Assembly: GCA_038123275.1 (NCBI GenBank)
Contig: JAYORG010000010.1
Span: forward strand, 278-64,277
Source of the DNA: Rickettsiales bacterium
GTDB lineage: Bacteria; Pseudomonadota; Alphaproteobacteria; Rickettsiales; UBA1997
Direction: 5' to 3'
Length of the DNA: 64,000 nucleotides
Under the pieces are notes generated by a model. It worked only from the letters and a program-made list of their open reading frames with translations, did no database searches and was not told the DNA's origin. A program made the translations under genes and the position numbers. This document shows, piece after piece, positions 1 to 9,717 of this stretch; position 1 is the stretch's first letter, and each line of letters opens with the position of its first letter.

Positions 1-685
1 TATCAGGTTTTTCTTTTTTGGAAATTTCAGTTGTCACCTTTTCTCCAAGCATAGTAAAAATTAACTCAAAATCTGTCATATGATCACGAAGATTCTGATT
101 AGGCTTAGTAAGGCTTTTATGTTTTTTATATTCAGATGGTGTCATGCCAAAAGTAGCCCTAGAAATTTCTGCTGTCAAAATAGCAAAGTCTTTTTCATGT
201 TCAATTCCTCGTTCTTTCCATTCATCAGTTAAATTTTGTCTAATTGCAATACCACGAAGCCTTTTATCAATCCAATCTTTAGAATAGCCTTTTTGTTCAT
301 AAATATTTTTCATTCTTTCTTGAGCTAATTCTGGATCTTCAATTTCTTGAATTCTTTCATATCCAACCTTAGCTAACCACCTTTTAAAAGGTTCTGCATT
401 TTTCGATGGGATTGATTGAATAATACGAAACATAGTTTCTGTATTGGCGCAATCAGTTGCATATTTTTTGCCATCTGAAGCTTCTAATTTCAGTGCGTGA
501 CAATTTGTCACGACCTCACTTCCTTCATCAATTTTTAACCTTTGTTTTAACTTTCTCCAATATGCACCGGCATCCTTACTTTCAGTTAAAACTTCCACCA
601 CATCGACAACAGAAAACCACCATTGATTTTCATGCCATATTCTACGGATTTTTTGGTTTTGAAATGTGATTAATTTATTTTTCAT
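1..685 (-). CDS. Bro-N / DinD-like (DNA-damage-inducible protein D / antirepressor family) protein; 3' end runs off the window
   Basis: Manual reverse-complement translation from the ATG at 685 stays open to position 1. It is absent from the ORF track because it is truncated by the window edge. Sequence: MKNKLITFQNQKIRRIWHENQWWFSVVDVVEVLTES...ILTAEISRATFGMTPSEYKKHKSL..NLRDHMTDFELIFTMLGEKVTTEISKK. The N-terminus resembles a Bro-N domain and the C-terminal part resembles DinD-family proteins. Confidence 0.65.
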   Translation of the reverse strand, partial: MKNKLITFQNQKIRRIWHENQWWFSVVDVVEVLTESKDAGAYWRKLKQRLKIDEGSEVVTNCHALKLEASDGKKYATDCANTETMFRIIQSIPSKNAEPFKRWLAKVGYERIQEIEDPELAQERMKNIYEQKGYSKDWIDKRLRGIAIRQNLTDEWKERGIEHEKDFAILTAEISRATFGMTPSEYKKHKSLTKPNQNLRDHMTDFELIFTMLGEKVTTEISKKEKPD

Positions 686-713
686 AAAATTTTTTAACTA
701 TTATTTATTAAAT

Positions 714-1415
714 TCAGAAAATTTCGTCACTTTTGCCGATATTACAGACTGAGCATAAAGTTTGTAAATTTTCTGTCTCTGTTTCTCCTCCTTTTGACCA
801 AGGCTTTATATGATCGACATGCAGAGTTACTGACGAGTCTTTGGCTGGGCTAGCTCCACACATACGGCATATACAATTATCTTTAATCAAGATTTTTGCT
901 CTCAAGCGCCAATTAATTTTTCTTGGAGTCCTTCGTTTTTCAAAGCTAATGGGCATTGTTTGTTGTTCATCGACATTACCAATTCTTTCTTCTGGATCTT
1001 CAATATATTGAGAAAATGCAACTAAAGCTTTATTCCAAGAGCCAAATCTTTTTTCATAAACACCTAAGGAGAATTTTGATATATTATTTAACTCTGATAT
1101 TTCCCTTCCAACTGGCTGCCTACCAATAGCTTGCCATACATTTGTCAAATTTTCAAAAAGCTCTTCGTTTGGAATATTTAATCTATTACTTATGCCAAGA
1201 TCAGCAATTTCCAGTGCATTATTCCATGATCCAAACTTACGCCTAATGGTATTTACACCAAATTGACCATACTCTGCATATTGTATTGCTGTAATTTTTT
1301 GTGATTCTAATTTTTCTGAAACTCTTTTTAAATCTTCGATCAAGCGATCCTCTGAAATATTTCGTTCTCGTAGCTTAATTTTAAAGTTTGTACCCTGAGA
1401 ATATAGCTTACTCAT
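714..1415 (-). CDS. HNH endonuclease with two N-terminal homing-endonuclease-associated repeats
   Basis: C-terminal HNH motif HVDHIKPWSKGGETETENLQTLCSVCNIGK. Two copies of an FGSWN(N/K)AL repeat (RRKFGSWNNALEIADL and EKRFGSWNKALVAF). Confidence 0.8.
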   Translation of the reverse strand: MSKLYSQGTNFKIKLRERNISEDRLIEDLKRVSEKLESQKITAIQYAEYGQFGVNTIRRKFGSWNNALEIADLGISNRLNIPNEELFENLTNVWQAIGRQPVGREISELNNISKFSLGVYEKRFGSWNKALVAFSQYIEDPEERIGNVDEQQTMPISFEKRRTPRKINWRLRAKILIKDNCICRMCGASPAKDSSVTLHVDHIKPWSKGGETETENLQTLCSVCNIGKSDEIF

Positions 1416-1653
1416 ATTTATTTGCTGTTAATATCCTAAATAAAAAGCTCTTTGAAATAATTCTCTATTCTCTGCTTGGGATACACCATTGTAAACCCAA
1501 TAAAACAAAGGATTAGTGAACTTTATTAGGCGCTAATTTTAATAATATTCTCCAAAAATTCAATATTTTAAATTAGAAGCTGCGAGATTCTCCTAGAAAG
1601 TTAACCTCCGTTTTAGACAAAGTTAGGAGTTATAAGAAATTATGAGGGCAGAT

Positions 1654-1734
1654 GAGTAAAGGATTTGTTAGTAAAGATGAGTAATCTTTAGTAAACGAGA
1701 GTAGTTGTGAGTACTCCATAGTAACTCTGAGTAA
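1654..1734. repeat. Phased decamer array: kAGTAn hexamer every 10 bp, abutting the 3' end of tRNA-Ser
   Basis: Hexamers GAGTAA/TAGTAA/GAGTAG/GAGTAC start at 1654, 1669, 1679, 1689, 1699, 1709, 1719 and 1729. The last seven are spaced exactly 10 bp apart. The array is non-coding. Confidence 0.7.
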
Positions 1735-1824
1735 TGGCGGACAGAGTGAGATTCGAACTCACGGTACGCTTGCACGCACGGCAGTTTTCAAGACTGCTGC
1801 CTTAAACCACTCGGCCATCTGTCC
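1735..1824 (-). tRNA. tRNA-Ser (anticodon UGA), long variable arm, encoded CCA
   Basis: Reverse complement is GGACAGATGGCCGAGTGGTTTAAGGCAGCAGTCTTGAAAACTGCCGTGCGTGCAAGCGTACCGTGAGTTCGAATCTCACTCTGTCCGCCA. Acceptor stem GGACAGA/TCTGTCC, anticodon loop CTTGAAA, T-loop TTCGAATC. Confidence 0.93.
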
Positions 1825-2230
1825 ATAACAATAAATAAAACCTACGGCAAGTTAGCTACTCAATATTCAAATAAGTAACTTAAGGGATGAATCTTACGAT
1901 TCATGCCCGTAAATCCTAAAAACAATTAATAATTGTTTTTTTGACGGATTTACCTTAAGCCATCTGTCCGTATTGAAGGTTCTAGATACTAATTTTGGCT
2001 AATTAAAATTCAAGTAATTAAGTTGAAGGTTATGTAGAATTTGCCTATTTTTTATAAATTTTACTAAAATTAGTAAAAATATTAAAATTACCAAAACTTG
2101 TTAATCCTTGATAGTGCTGAGTTAGATAATTTTCAGTTTTTAAAAACAAATTGTGCTCACTGAGCCTAACTTGTTTTTAAAAAGAGGTATTTTTGTTAAA
2201 TTTAACCATTATTTAAGGTTATTTTTAAAT

Positions 2231-3724
2231 TTATTGCTCATCTTTCCAGCCAACTTTCTTTAGGAAGTCTTGATATCCTCCTTCAAAAACAGACACTTCA
2301 TCATTATCAAAAATTATTAACCTATTAGCAATTTCTTTTAAGAAATATTCACTGTGAGTTACCATTACAATTGCTCCTTCAAAGGTTTTAATGGCATTTA
2401 ATAAAGATTCGCACGAATCAAGATCCAAATGGTTTGTCGGCTCATCGAGTAGCAATAAATTAGATGGTTTTAATAAAATTTTACCAAGCATAACTCGACT
2501 TTTTTCACCACCAGATAAAACTTCTATTTTTTTGTTAGATAAACTGCCAGAAAACATCATATTGCCACAAACTTTTCTTACATTTGTTTGATTAACATTG
2601 GGTGCGGTTTTTTGCATTTCTTCGTAAATACTTAATTTTGGATTAAGGCGATCAATATTCATCTGTCCAAAATAGCCAATATTGGTTTTATTTAAAATTT
2701 TATTATTTCCTTCCAAAGGAGTTAAATCTTTAGTCATTAATTTAAGTAAAGTTGACTTACCTTTACCATTTTTACCAATAATACAAATTTTATCTTCGCA
2801 ACCAACTTTAACTGAAAATTTCTTAATTAAAATTTCATGTTGGTCGTAGCCAAATGTAACTTTATTAGTTTCAATTAATGCTTCTCTAGTATTGGCTGCT
2901 TCATAATTAAATTTAAAATCAAGTGTAGCAATATTAGCTAGCTTTTCTTTTTGGCCTTGTTTCTCTAGCATTTTTATCTTTGATTGAGCTCTACTAGCAA
3001 TGCTGGCCTTAGAGCCAAAACGATTAATCCATTCTTGAGTTTTTTGTCTTTGTTTGTCTTGATTAATACGAGTTTTTTCATAAATTTCTTCTTCAGCTAA
3101 TATTTTTTCCATGACATTTTTGGTAGATCCTGGAGTTTTTTTGAAGATGCCTCGATGAATATTTAAAGTATGAGTAATGACGCTATCCATAAAATCTCTG
3201 TCATGAGTAATTAAAATTAACTCACAATCCCAATCTTTTAAAAATCTTTTCAACCAACGAACTGAGTGAATATCAAGATAGTTTGTTGGTTCGTCAAGTA
3301 AAAGCATATTTGGTTCCATAAGTAGTAATTTAGCCAAATTAATTTTTACTTGATAGCCTCCAGAAAATTCACTAGGGTTTCTAAGCATTTCTTCGCTAGA
3401 AAACCCAAGACCCATTAAAATTTCTTCTCCCTTGTACACTTCATACTCGCGCTCTTCAGGTAGCACGCTACACACTTCATCCACAACAGAGTTATGGGTA
3501 AATTTAATATGTTGTTGTAAATGCCCAATTCTGTATCCAGTTGGTATTTCAATTACGCCATGATCTGGTTCTATTTCTCCTAGAATTAATTTTAAGAAAG
3601 TACTTTTTCCGCTACCATTGCGCCCAATAAATCCAACTTTTTCACCTCTATTAAAAGTTACGTTAACATCTTCAAAAAGCTGCTCACCAGAAAAGGCCAG
3701 GGCTAAATTTTTTACTTTAATCAT
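2231..3724 (-). CDS. ABC-F family ATPase (two nucleotide-binding domains, no membrane domain)
   Basis: Walker A GRNGSGKST and GKNGKGKST. ABC signatures FSGGYQ and LSGGEKSR. Walker B LLLDEPTN in two copies. Charged inter-domain linker. Confidence 0.88.
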   Translation of the reverse strand: MIKVKNLALAFSGEQLFEDVNVTFNRGEKVGFIGRNGSGKSTFLKLILGEIEPDHGVIEIPTGYRIGHLQQHIKFTHNSVVDEVCSVLPEEREYEVYKGEEILMGLGFSSEEMLRNPSEFSGGYQVKINLAKLLLMEPNMLLLDEPTNYLDIHSVRWLKRFLKDWDCELILITHDRDFMDSVITHTLNIHRGIFKKTPGSTKNVMEKILAEEEIYEKTRINQDKQRQKTQEWINRFGSKASIASRAQSKIKMLEKQGQKEKLANIATLDFKFNYEAANTREALIETNKVTFGYDQHEILIKKFSVKVGCEDKICIIGKNGKGKSTLLKLMTKDLTPLEGNNKILNKTNIGYFGQMNIDRLNPKLSIYEEMQKTAPNVNQTNVRKVCGNMMFSGSLSNKKIEVLSGGEKSRVMLGKILLKPSNLLLLDEPTNHLDLDSCESLLNAIKTFEGAIVMVTHSEYFLKEIANRLIIFDNDEVSVFEGGYQDFLKKVGWKDEQ

Positions 3725-5037
3725 CGTTTTTTCTTAACTGAAAATTTTTTGGTTTTATTTTTTTTAAAATCTGGATCAAATTTGCGCTTTTTCTTCTTAA
3801 AAGAAAATCTTTTAGGCTTTTTATCATCATCAGATTTTTGTTGATTTTTGTTAGGTTTCTTTTTTCTATTTAAAGGTTTTGTTTGTTGTATAGTTGCTTT
3901 AACTCCATGAAAAGGATGGGTTTCATCTCTGGGTATTTTGTATTTAATAGTTTTTTCAACTGCCTTTAAAAGATCGCGTTCTAAATTATCGCAAAATGTA
4001 ATGGCAATCCCTTCTTTTCCAGCTCTAGCGGTGCGGCCAATTCTGTGTACATAACTTTCAGGGTCATGTGGTAAATCGTAGTTAATAACATGAGAGATAT
4101 TTGCAACATCAATGCCACGAGCAGCAATATCAGTTGCTACTAAAACATTAATTTTACCTTTTCTAAAAGAGTCTAGGGCCTTTTCTCGTGCCAATTGTGA
4201 TTTATTGCCATGTATTGCAGCAGCTGAAATTGATTCTTTTTCTAAGTTTCTAACAATCTTATTGGCGCCATGTTTTGTTTTACTAAAGACTAAAACCGAT
4301 TTAGCATTTTCTTGCTCTAAAATTGATTTTAATAATAAAGGTTTATTACCTTTTTCAACCATGTTAACCTTTTGATCAATTTTTTGTACAGTGGTTGCTT
4401 GTGGGGTTATCTCAACTTTTATTGGATTATTTAAAATTGCATTAGCAAGATTAGCAATGTCTTTAGGCATTGTTGCTGAGAAGAGTAGGGTTTGTCTTGA
4501 TTTTGGTAATCGAGTAATAATTTTTTTAATATCATTAATAAAGCCCATATCTAGCATTCTGTCAGCTTCATCAAGTACAAAAATTTCAATTTGAGACAGT
4601 CTAATATGGCCTTGATTCATTAAATCTAATAAACGACCAGGAGTTGCAATAACAATATCAGAACCTTTTTTGATGGCTTTGATTTGGTTATTAATATTTA
4701 CTCCGCCAAATATTACTTCATGTCTTAAGGCTAGACCTTGACCGTATCGCCTAATATTATCGGCTATTTGCGAGGCTAATTCTCTGGTTGGTGTTAAAAT
4801 TAAAGTTCTAATATTATTAGATCTAACCTGGTTATTGCTTTTGGATAAGTTATCTAAGATAGGCAAAGAAAATGCTGCAGTTTTGCCGGTACCAGTTTGT
4901 GCAATTCCAAGTAAATCTTTTCCTTTTAATAAATGTGGAATCGATTCTATTTGTATTGGAGTTGGATCTACATAGCCTTTTTTATTTAAGGCATTAAGAA
5001 TTTTATTGCTTAAATTTAATTTTTTAAAATCTGACAT
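3721..5037 (-). CDS. rhlE: DEAD-box ATP-dependent RNA helicase with Lys-rich C-terminal tail
   Basis: Motifs AQTGTGKTAAF, PTRELA, DEAD, SAT and HRIGRTARAG. There is a 4-nt overlap with the downstream ABC-F gene. Confidence 0.88.
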   Translation of the reverse strand: MSDFKKLNLSNKILNALNKKGYVDPTPIQIESIPHLLKGKDLLGIAQTGTGKTAAFSLPILDNLSKSNNQVRSNNIRTLILTPTRELASQIADNIRRYGQGLALRHEVIFGGVNINNQIKAIKKGSDIVIATPGRLLDLMNQGHIRLSQIEIFVLDEADRMLDMGFINDIKKIITRLPKSRQTLLFSATMPKDIANLANAILNNPIKVEITPQATTVQKIDQKVNMVEKGNKPLLLKSILEQENAKSVLVFSKTKHGANKIVRNLEKESISAAAIHGNKSQLAREKALDSFRKGKINVLVATDIAARGIDVANISHVINYDLPHDPESYVHRIGRTARAGKEGIAITFCDNLERDLLKAVEKTIKYKIPRDETHPFHGVKATIQQTKPLNRKKKPNKNQQKSDDDKKPKRFSFKKKKRKFDPDFKKNKTKKFSVKKKR

Positions 5038-5166
5038 TTTTATTGTAACTAGTTCTAGTAGAATAACTCTAATAGGTAAATTATCTATTTACTAGATATT
5101 TTTTATTTACTTCTTTTGGATTTTATGTTATGATAAAATTTGCTCTTTAATTATTTAAAAGTTTTT

Positions 5167-7563
5167 ATGATAGATAATGAGAAGATCAAAGATGAACATG
5201 CTAAGGAATTTATCAAACATCCTGTGCGTTGGGCTCTTGGTACAGTTATTGTTTGCTTAATAATTCTTTTATTAACTTTAATGATTCCAAATCCTCCTGG
5301 CAAGAATGAGTCTGCAAAGCATTTACGTGAAGGATCTAATCTTTTAATTAGATCTACTAGCCCTTATCTTTTAAGGCATGCTAAAAATCCGGTAGATTGG
5401 TACCCATGGGGAGAAGAGGCTTTTATTGAGGCTCGCAAAACAAATAAGCCAATATTAATTTCAATTGGTTATTCTACTTGTTATTGGTGTCATGTTATGG
5501 AAAGGCAGGTATTTAAAGACAAAAAGATTGCTAAATTAATGAATGATTCATTTGTTAATGTTAAAGTTGACAGAGAGGAGAGACCAGATATTGATGCAAT
5601 TTACATGGCAGCAACGCAGGTAATAAAAGGTAGAAATGGTTGGCCAAATAATGTATTTGCTACTCCTGATTTAAAGCCATTTTTTGCTGAAACATACGTG
5701 TCTCCTGAGAAATTTAAGTTTTTAATTAAAAGCATCAGTGAAGATTGGAATAAAAAGCAAGAAAAAACAAAAAAGCAGGCTGATAAAATTAGTGATCTAT
5801 TAGTAGGTTTTAAATTTCAGGGAAATCTTAATGCTCAAGATATTACATCAAAGCCATTAGTTAAGTCTTTATTTACAGAATTTTCTAATCATTATGATGA
5901 AAAATTTGGTGGATTTTATCAAGCGCCAAAATTTCCAAATGAAAATATATTATTATTTTTGTTGTCATATTATAAATCTCAAGACAATGAAAGAGCTTTA
6001 ATTATAGCAGAAGATACTCTCGATAAGATGGCTAAGGGAGGTATACATGACCATGTTGGTGGGGGTTTTCATCGTTATTCTGTAGATGATAGATGGCATG
6101 TTCCTGATTTTAAGAAAATGCTTTATAATCAAGCTTTACTTAGTCTTTCTTACCTAAATCTTTATAAAATATCAGGCTCACCAATTCATAAAGATGTTGC
6201 ACAAAAAACATATGATTATGTTTTAGAGTTAATGACTCACAAACAAGGTGGTTTTTATAGTGCTTTTGCAGCCGAAACTAATGAAATAGAGGGAGAATAT
6301 TACGCTTGGACAAGAGAGGAGTTAGAGTTATCTTTAGGAAAAGATCAATTAGAGTGGTTTGATAAATATTATGATTTAGTAGACATTCCAGAGATTCAAG
6401 GACATAAAAATACTGATGGAAAAATTTTATATTTAAGGAAAGACTTCCCTAAAAAGGAGATGTGGAGAAATTGGGAGATTATGAAAATTTTATCATTAAA
6501 ACGTTTTAAACGTCAGTTGCCAGATCTTTATGATAAGGTTATTACGGCTTGGAATGGTTTAATGATAAATTCTTTTGCTAATGCTGGTTTGGCTTTAAAT
6601 AAGCAAAAATATATCTCTGCTGCCCAAAGAGCCGCAGATTTTATATTATCTAATTTACGTCAAAATAATGGTAATTTATACAGAATATGGCGAAATGGAG
6701 AAGTTAATACAAGCGCCTTTTTTGAAGATTATGCTTTTATGGTTCAAGGTTTAGTATCTCTTTATAAAGCTACATTAAATGATAAATATTTAGAAGAAGC
6801 AGAATCATTAATAATAAAATCTAGAGATCTATTCTGGGACAATAAGAATGGTGGTTATTATTTTTCTGATGGTAGTGAAAAATTATTAGTTAGAATTAAA
6901 AATGCACAAGATTCTAGAATTCCTTCTGGAAATGCTGTTATGTTGCATGCTTTTCTTGATCTGTATGTAATAACTAGTGAAGAAAAGTGGAAAAATCAGG
7001 CAAAAGAAATTCTAGAAAGCTTTACTATTGCTATGGAAAAAAATCCAATAGGTTACACACATATGATTCACGGATTAATGCGTTATAATAATATTTATGC
7101 TGAAATTACAACAAATGTTAATATTAAAGATACTGCAAAAGAAGATAGCGGATTAGGCAAGGAAGATAATAATCATGTAAAGGTTTTTGTGCCTAAAAAA
7201 TTTATTTCCAAGGAGGGAAATGGAATATTTAAATTAATGGTAAAAGTTAACATTGGAAAAGATTGGCATGTTAATGCCAATCCTCCAACAATGGATTTCT
7301 TAATTCCAACTTCAATTGATGTGCGTTCTAGCCAAGGAAAAGTAGAAATAAAAAATATTGAATATCCAGCTTCAAAAAAAGTTGATACTCCTTTAGGTGT
7401 TATTGATGTTTATGATGGAGATCTTTCTATTCCTGTGACCATATTTTTGGAGAGTAATAATGTAAAGAATATTAGAGTTTTAACCCGTACTCAAGCTTGC
7501 AAGGGTGCTGTTTGTTTATTGCCATCAGATCAGGTTACTTTAGTTACTCTTGACAGAAGTTAA
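5167..7563 (+). CDS. Thioredoxin-domain protein (DUF255/YyaL-like) with N-terminal membrane anchor and C-terminal DsbD-alpha/DsbC-N-like domain
   Basis: [13 protein letters not shown]...[24 protein letters not shown] is the hallmark of the thioredoxin-like DUF255 family and is followed by a six-hairpin-like region. C-terminal segment [21 protein letters not shown]...[14 protein letters not shown]. The track start at 5140 is TTG, so the first ATG at 5167 is preferred. Confidence 0.75.
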   Translation: MIDNEKIKDEHAKEFIKHPVRWALGTVIVCLIILLLTLMIPNPPGKNESAKHLREGSNLLIRSTSPYLLRHAKNPVDWYPWGEEAFIEARKTNKPILISIGYSTCYWCHVMERQVFKDKKIAKLMNDSFVNVKVDREERPDIDAIYMAATQVIKGRNGWPNNVFATPDLKPFFAETYVSPEKFKFLIKSISEDWNKKQEKTKKQADKISDLLVGFKFQGNLNAQDITSKPLVKSLFTEFSNHYDEKFGGFYQAPKFPNENILLFLLSYYKSQDNERALIIAEDTLDKMAKGGIHDHVGGGFHRYSVDDRWHVPDFKKMLYNQALLSLSYLNLYKISGSPIHKDVAQKTYDYVLELMTHKQGGFYSAFAAETNEIEGEYYAWTREELELSLGKDQLEWFDKYYDLVDIPEIQGHKNTDGKILYLRKDFPKKEMWRNWEIMKILSLKRFKRQLPDLYDKVITAWNGLMINSFANAGLALNKQKYISAAQRAADFILSNLRQNNGNLYRIWRNGEVNTSAFFEDYAFMVQGLVSLYKATLNDKYLEEAESLIIKSRDLFWDNKNGGYYFSDGSEKLLVRIKNAQDSRIPSGNAVMLHAFLDLYVITSEEKWKNQAKEILESFTIAMEKNPIGYTHMIHGLMRYNNIYAEITTNVNIKDTAKEDSGLGKEDNNHVKVFVPKKFISKEGNGIFKLMVKVNIGKDWHVNANPPTMDFLIPTSIDVRSSQGKVEIKNIEYPASKKVDTPLGVIDVYDGDLSIPVTIFLESNNVKNIRVLTRTQACKGAVCLLPSDQVTLVTLDRS

Positions 7564-8599
7564 CATGACCCATTTTTCTGCCATTTTTAATTTCTTTTTT
7601 ATTATAAATATGAAGTTTGGCATTGGGATTTTTTAAATACTTAGATATATCTTTAACATCATTGCCAATTAAATTTTTCATTTTACCATGAGAAATAAAT
7701 TTATTATTTCCAAATGGCAAGTCAGATATTGCTCTAATTAATTGTTCAAATTGAGAGGTCATAGATCCATCCATAGAAAAATGACCAGAATTATGTGGCC
7801 TTGGAGCTAGTTCATTAACTAATAATTCACCGTTATTAAGTACAAAAAATTCAATTGCAATAATTCCAACTAAGTCTAATTCCTTAGCTATTTTAGTGGC
7901 TATTTTTTGAGATTTTATCTTAATTTGTTTACTAATTTGTGCCGGATAAATGCTCTCATCTAAAATACCATTTTTATGAATATTAGTAAGAGGGTCATAA
8001 CAGGATACTTCTCCTATTTTATTTCTGGCAATTAAAATAGAAATTTCTTGTTCAAAATTAACAAATTCTTCTAGAATTAACGGATTATTTTGATTTTGTT
8101 TCAATATTTTTTCCAAGTCACTATTTTTATTTAAAACAAATTGTCCTTTACCATCATACCCCAAAGTTGCAGTTTTAAGAATGGCTTTAAAATTAAAGTT
8201 TTCTAGGCCTGATCTTAAATCTTGAATTGATTTAATTTCTAGAAAATTAGTTACTTTAATATCATTTGTTTTTAGAAAGTTTTTTTCCAAAAGGCGATTT
8301 TGGGTGATTTTTAGAATATCAGCACTGGGAAATGTTGGAATTTTCTTTGAAACATATTCTATGGTATCAGTCGGAATATTTTCAAATTCTAAAGTAGCAA
8401 TATCTACATATTGAATAAATTCATCTAAAGCTTTTTTATCGTCATAATCTGCAATAAAAGTTTTATTAGTAACAAAACTAGCAACTGAATCTTTTTGAGG
8501 GCAAAATATTGCAGTTTTAAAACCTAATTTATGAGCTTCAAAACATGTCATTCTTCCAAGCTGTCCACCGCCAAAAATGCCAATTATTTTATTTGTCAT
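7544..8599 (-). CDS. purK: N5-carboxyaminoimidazole ribonucleotide synthase
   Basis: ATP-grasp protein with N-terminal [12 protein letters not shown] and C-terminal PRPHNSGH motif. Confidence 0.88.
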   Translation of the reverse strand: MTNKIIGIFGGGQLGRMTCFEAHKLGFKTAIFCPQKDSVASFVTNKTFIADYDDKKALDEFIQYVDIATLEFENIPTDTIEYVSKKIPTFPSADILKITQNRLLEKNFLKTNDIKVTNFLEIKSIQDLRSGLENFNFKAILKTATLGYDGKGQFVLNKNSDLEKILKQNQNNPLILEEFVNFEQEISILIARNKIGEVSCYDPLTNIHKNGILDESIYPAQISKQIKIKSQKIATKIAKELDLVGIIAIEFFVLNNGELLVNELAPRPHNSGHFSMDGSMTSQFEQLIRAISDLPFGNNKFISHGKMKNLIGNDVKDISKYLKNPNAKLHIYNKKEIKNGRKMGHVNFCQE

Positions 8600-8672
8600 T
8601 TTAATTATTAATTGATATAATAATATTTGTAATAATGTACAAATATGTATAAATAATTTATTAAAAAAATCA

Positions 8673-8852
8673 ATGAATAAAGAAATTTCACCAAAATTAT
8701 TAGAAATTTTGGTTTGTCCTAAGAGTAAGAAGCCATTGGTTTATGATAAAAAAAATCAAGAATTAATTTGTAAAGATTCTAAGCTGGCTTATAAAATTAA
8801 AGATGGCATTCCAATAATGTTAATTGACGAGGCTAGAAAATTAGATGATTAA
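8673..8852 (+). CDS. ycaR: Trm112/UPF0434 family small protein (YcaR-like)
   Basis: Not in the ORF track (59 aa). Sequence [59 protein letters not shown] closely parallels E. coli YcaR (LLEIIACPVC...ELIC...AFPLRDGIPVLLETEAR). Confidence 0.8.
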   Translation: MNKEISPKLLEILVCPKSKKPLVYDKKNQELICKDSKLAYKIKDGIPIMLIDEARKLDD

Positions 8853-9717
8853 ATATCTTTTGAACAGGTTCTTAATAATAACATTCTTTTTTACTGCATC
8901 ATGTCATTCTATTCTTGTTGTTGAAAATCGTATTAAATATGCTGATAACTTAGTTAAAGATAGTGGCTTTGTTAAAAAAAATATCAAAACTGACAATTTT
9001 TACCTATCTTCTTATCAGAAAATATCAAATTTAAAAAATAAAACTCTAAATATATATATTGAAGGTGATGGTTTTTCTTGGAAAAGTAGGTATGAATTAT
9101 CAAGAAATCCAACACCAATTAATCCTGTTGCGTTAAAATTAGCTCTTAAAGATCAAGCAGATAATATTATTTACTTAGCTAGACCATGTCAGTTTAGTGA
9201 TTTTAAAATTGATATAAATTGTTCTAATGAAGAATTTTGGTCAAGGGCTAGGTTTTCCAATAAGGTTATTCAATCAACTAATCAGGCTATTGAGGACATA
9301 AAACAAAAATATGGCTTTAAAACAATAAATTTATTTGGGTTTTCTGGTGGTGGAGCAGTGGCTGTTTTAGTTGCCTCTAGAAGAGATGATGTAGGTTCCA
9401 TTAAAACAGTTGCAGCTAATTTAGATCACGATAATTTAACAAAAATTCATAAAACCACTCCTTTAAATCAATCTTTAAATCCAATTAATTTTGCCAATAA
9501 GCTGTATAAAATTGATCAAATTCACATTGCAGGCTTTCAAGATAAGACAGTACCTCATTTGATTATTGAATCTTTTGTTAATAAAGTTAATAATTATGTA
9601 AAGGATAGTAATAAGGTTGCATGTATAAAAATAATTACAAAAGCTGATCATGAATATGAAGATTGGCCAAAAGTTTGGGCTAATATTGTTAATAAAAAAG
9701 TTACTTGCCATAATTAA
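8845..9717 (+). CDS. Putative lipoprotein, alpha/beta-hydrolase fold
   Basis: Lipobox-like FFFTASC at the N-terminus. Nucleophile elbow GFSGGG (GxSxG) within [15 protein letters not shown]. Confidence 0.55.
   Translation: MIKYLLNRFLIITFFFTASCHSILVVENRIKYADNLVKDSGFVKKNIKTDNFYLSSYQKISNLKNKTLNIYIEGDGFSWKSRYELSRNPTPINPVALKLALKDQADNIIYLARPCQFSDFKIDINCSNEEFWSRARFSNKVIQSTNQAIEDIKQKYGFKTINLFGFSGGGAVAVLVASRRDDVGSIKTVAANLDHDNLTKIHKTTPLNQSLNPINFANKLYKIDQIHIAGFQDKTVPHLIIESFVNKVNNYVKDSNKVACIKIITKADHEYEDWPKVWANIVNKKVTCHN

Noticed and set aside
457-669. 70-aa plus-strand ORF from the track
   Set aside because: It lies antisense inside the long open Bro-N/DinD-like frame (1..685, minus strand), whose product has recognisable motifs. 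The plus-strand product is low complexity with no motif.
2391-4594. Plus-strand ORFs 2391..2591, 4112..4375 and 4391..4594 inside the ABC-F and DEAD-box genes (and similar embedded ORFs at 9475..9777, 10054..10287, 12492..12716, 13251..13466, 14069..14251, 26882..27184, 27700..27933, 28864..29190, 29446..29673, 32067..32249, 32919..33170, 34314..34505, 35966..36172, 41607..41870, 42583..42873, 43418..43966, 45431..45724, 46775..47191, 51191..51433, 51901..52185, 53293..53532, 56507..56746, 58022..58422 and 62495..62890)
   Set aside because: All are embedded in, or antisense to, ORFs with strong family motifs. Their products are hydrophobic or low-complexity translations typical of AT-rich shadow frames.
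5140-5166. TTG-initiated N-terminal extensions proposed by the ORF track (also 14022, 28036 and 53055)
   Set aside because: In each case an in-frame ATG a few codons downstream gives a more plausible N-terminus (a signal peptide or the conserved family start). The extensions are kept only as alternatives.
7544-7563. 20-nt convergent overlap of the YyaL-like gene and purK as a regulatory antisense feature
   Set aside because: Short 3' overlaps of convergent genes are common in compact genomes. No hairpin or conserved motif is present.
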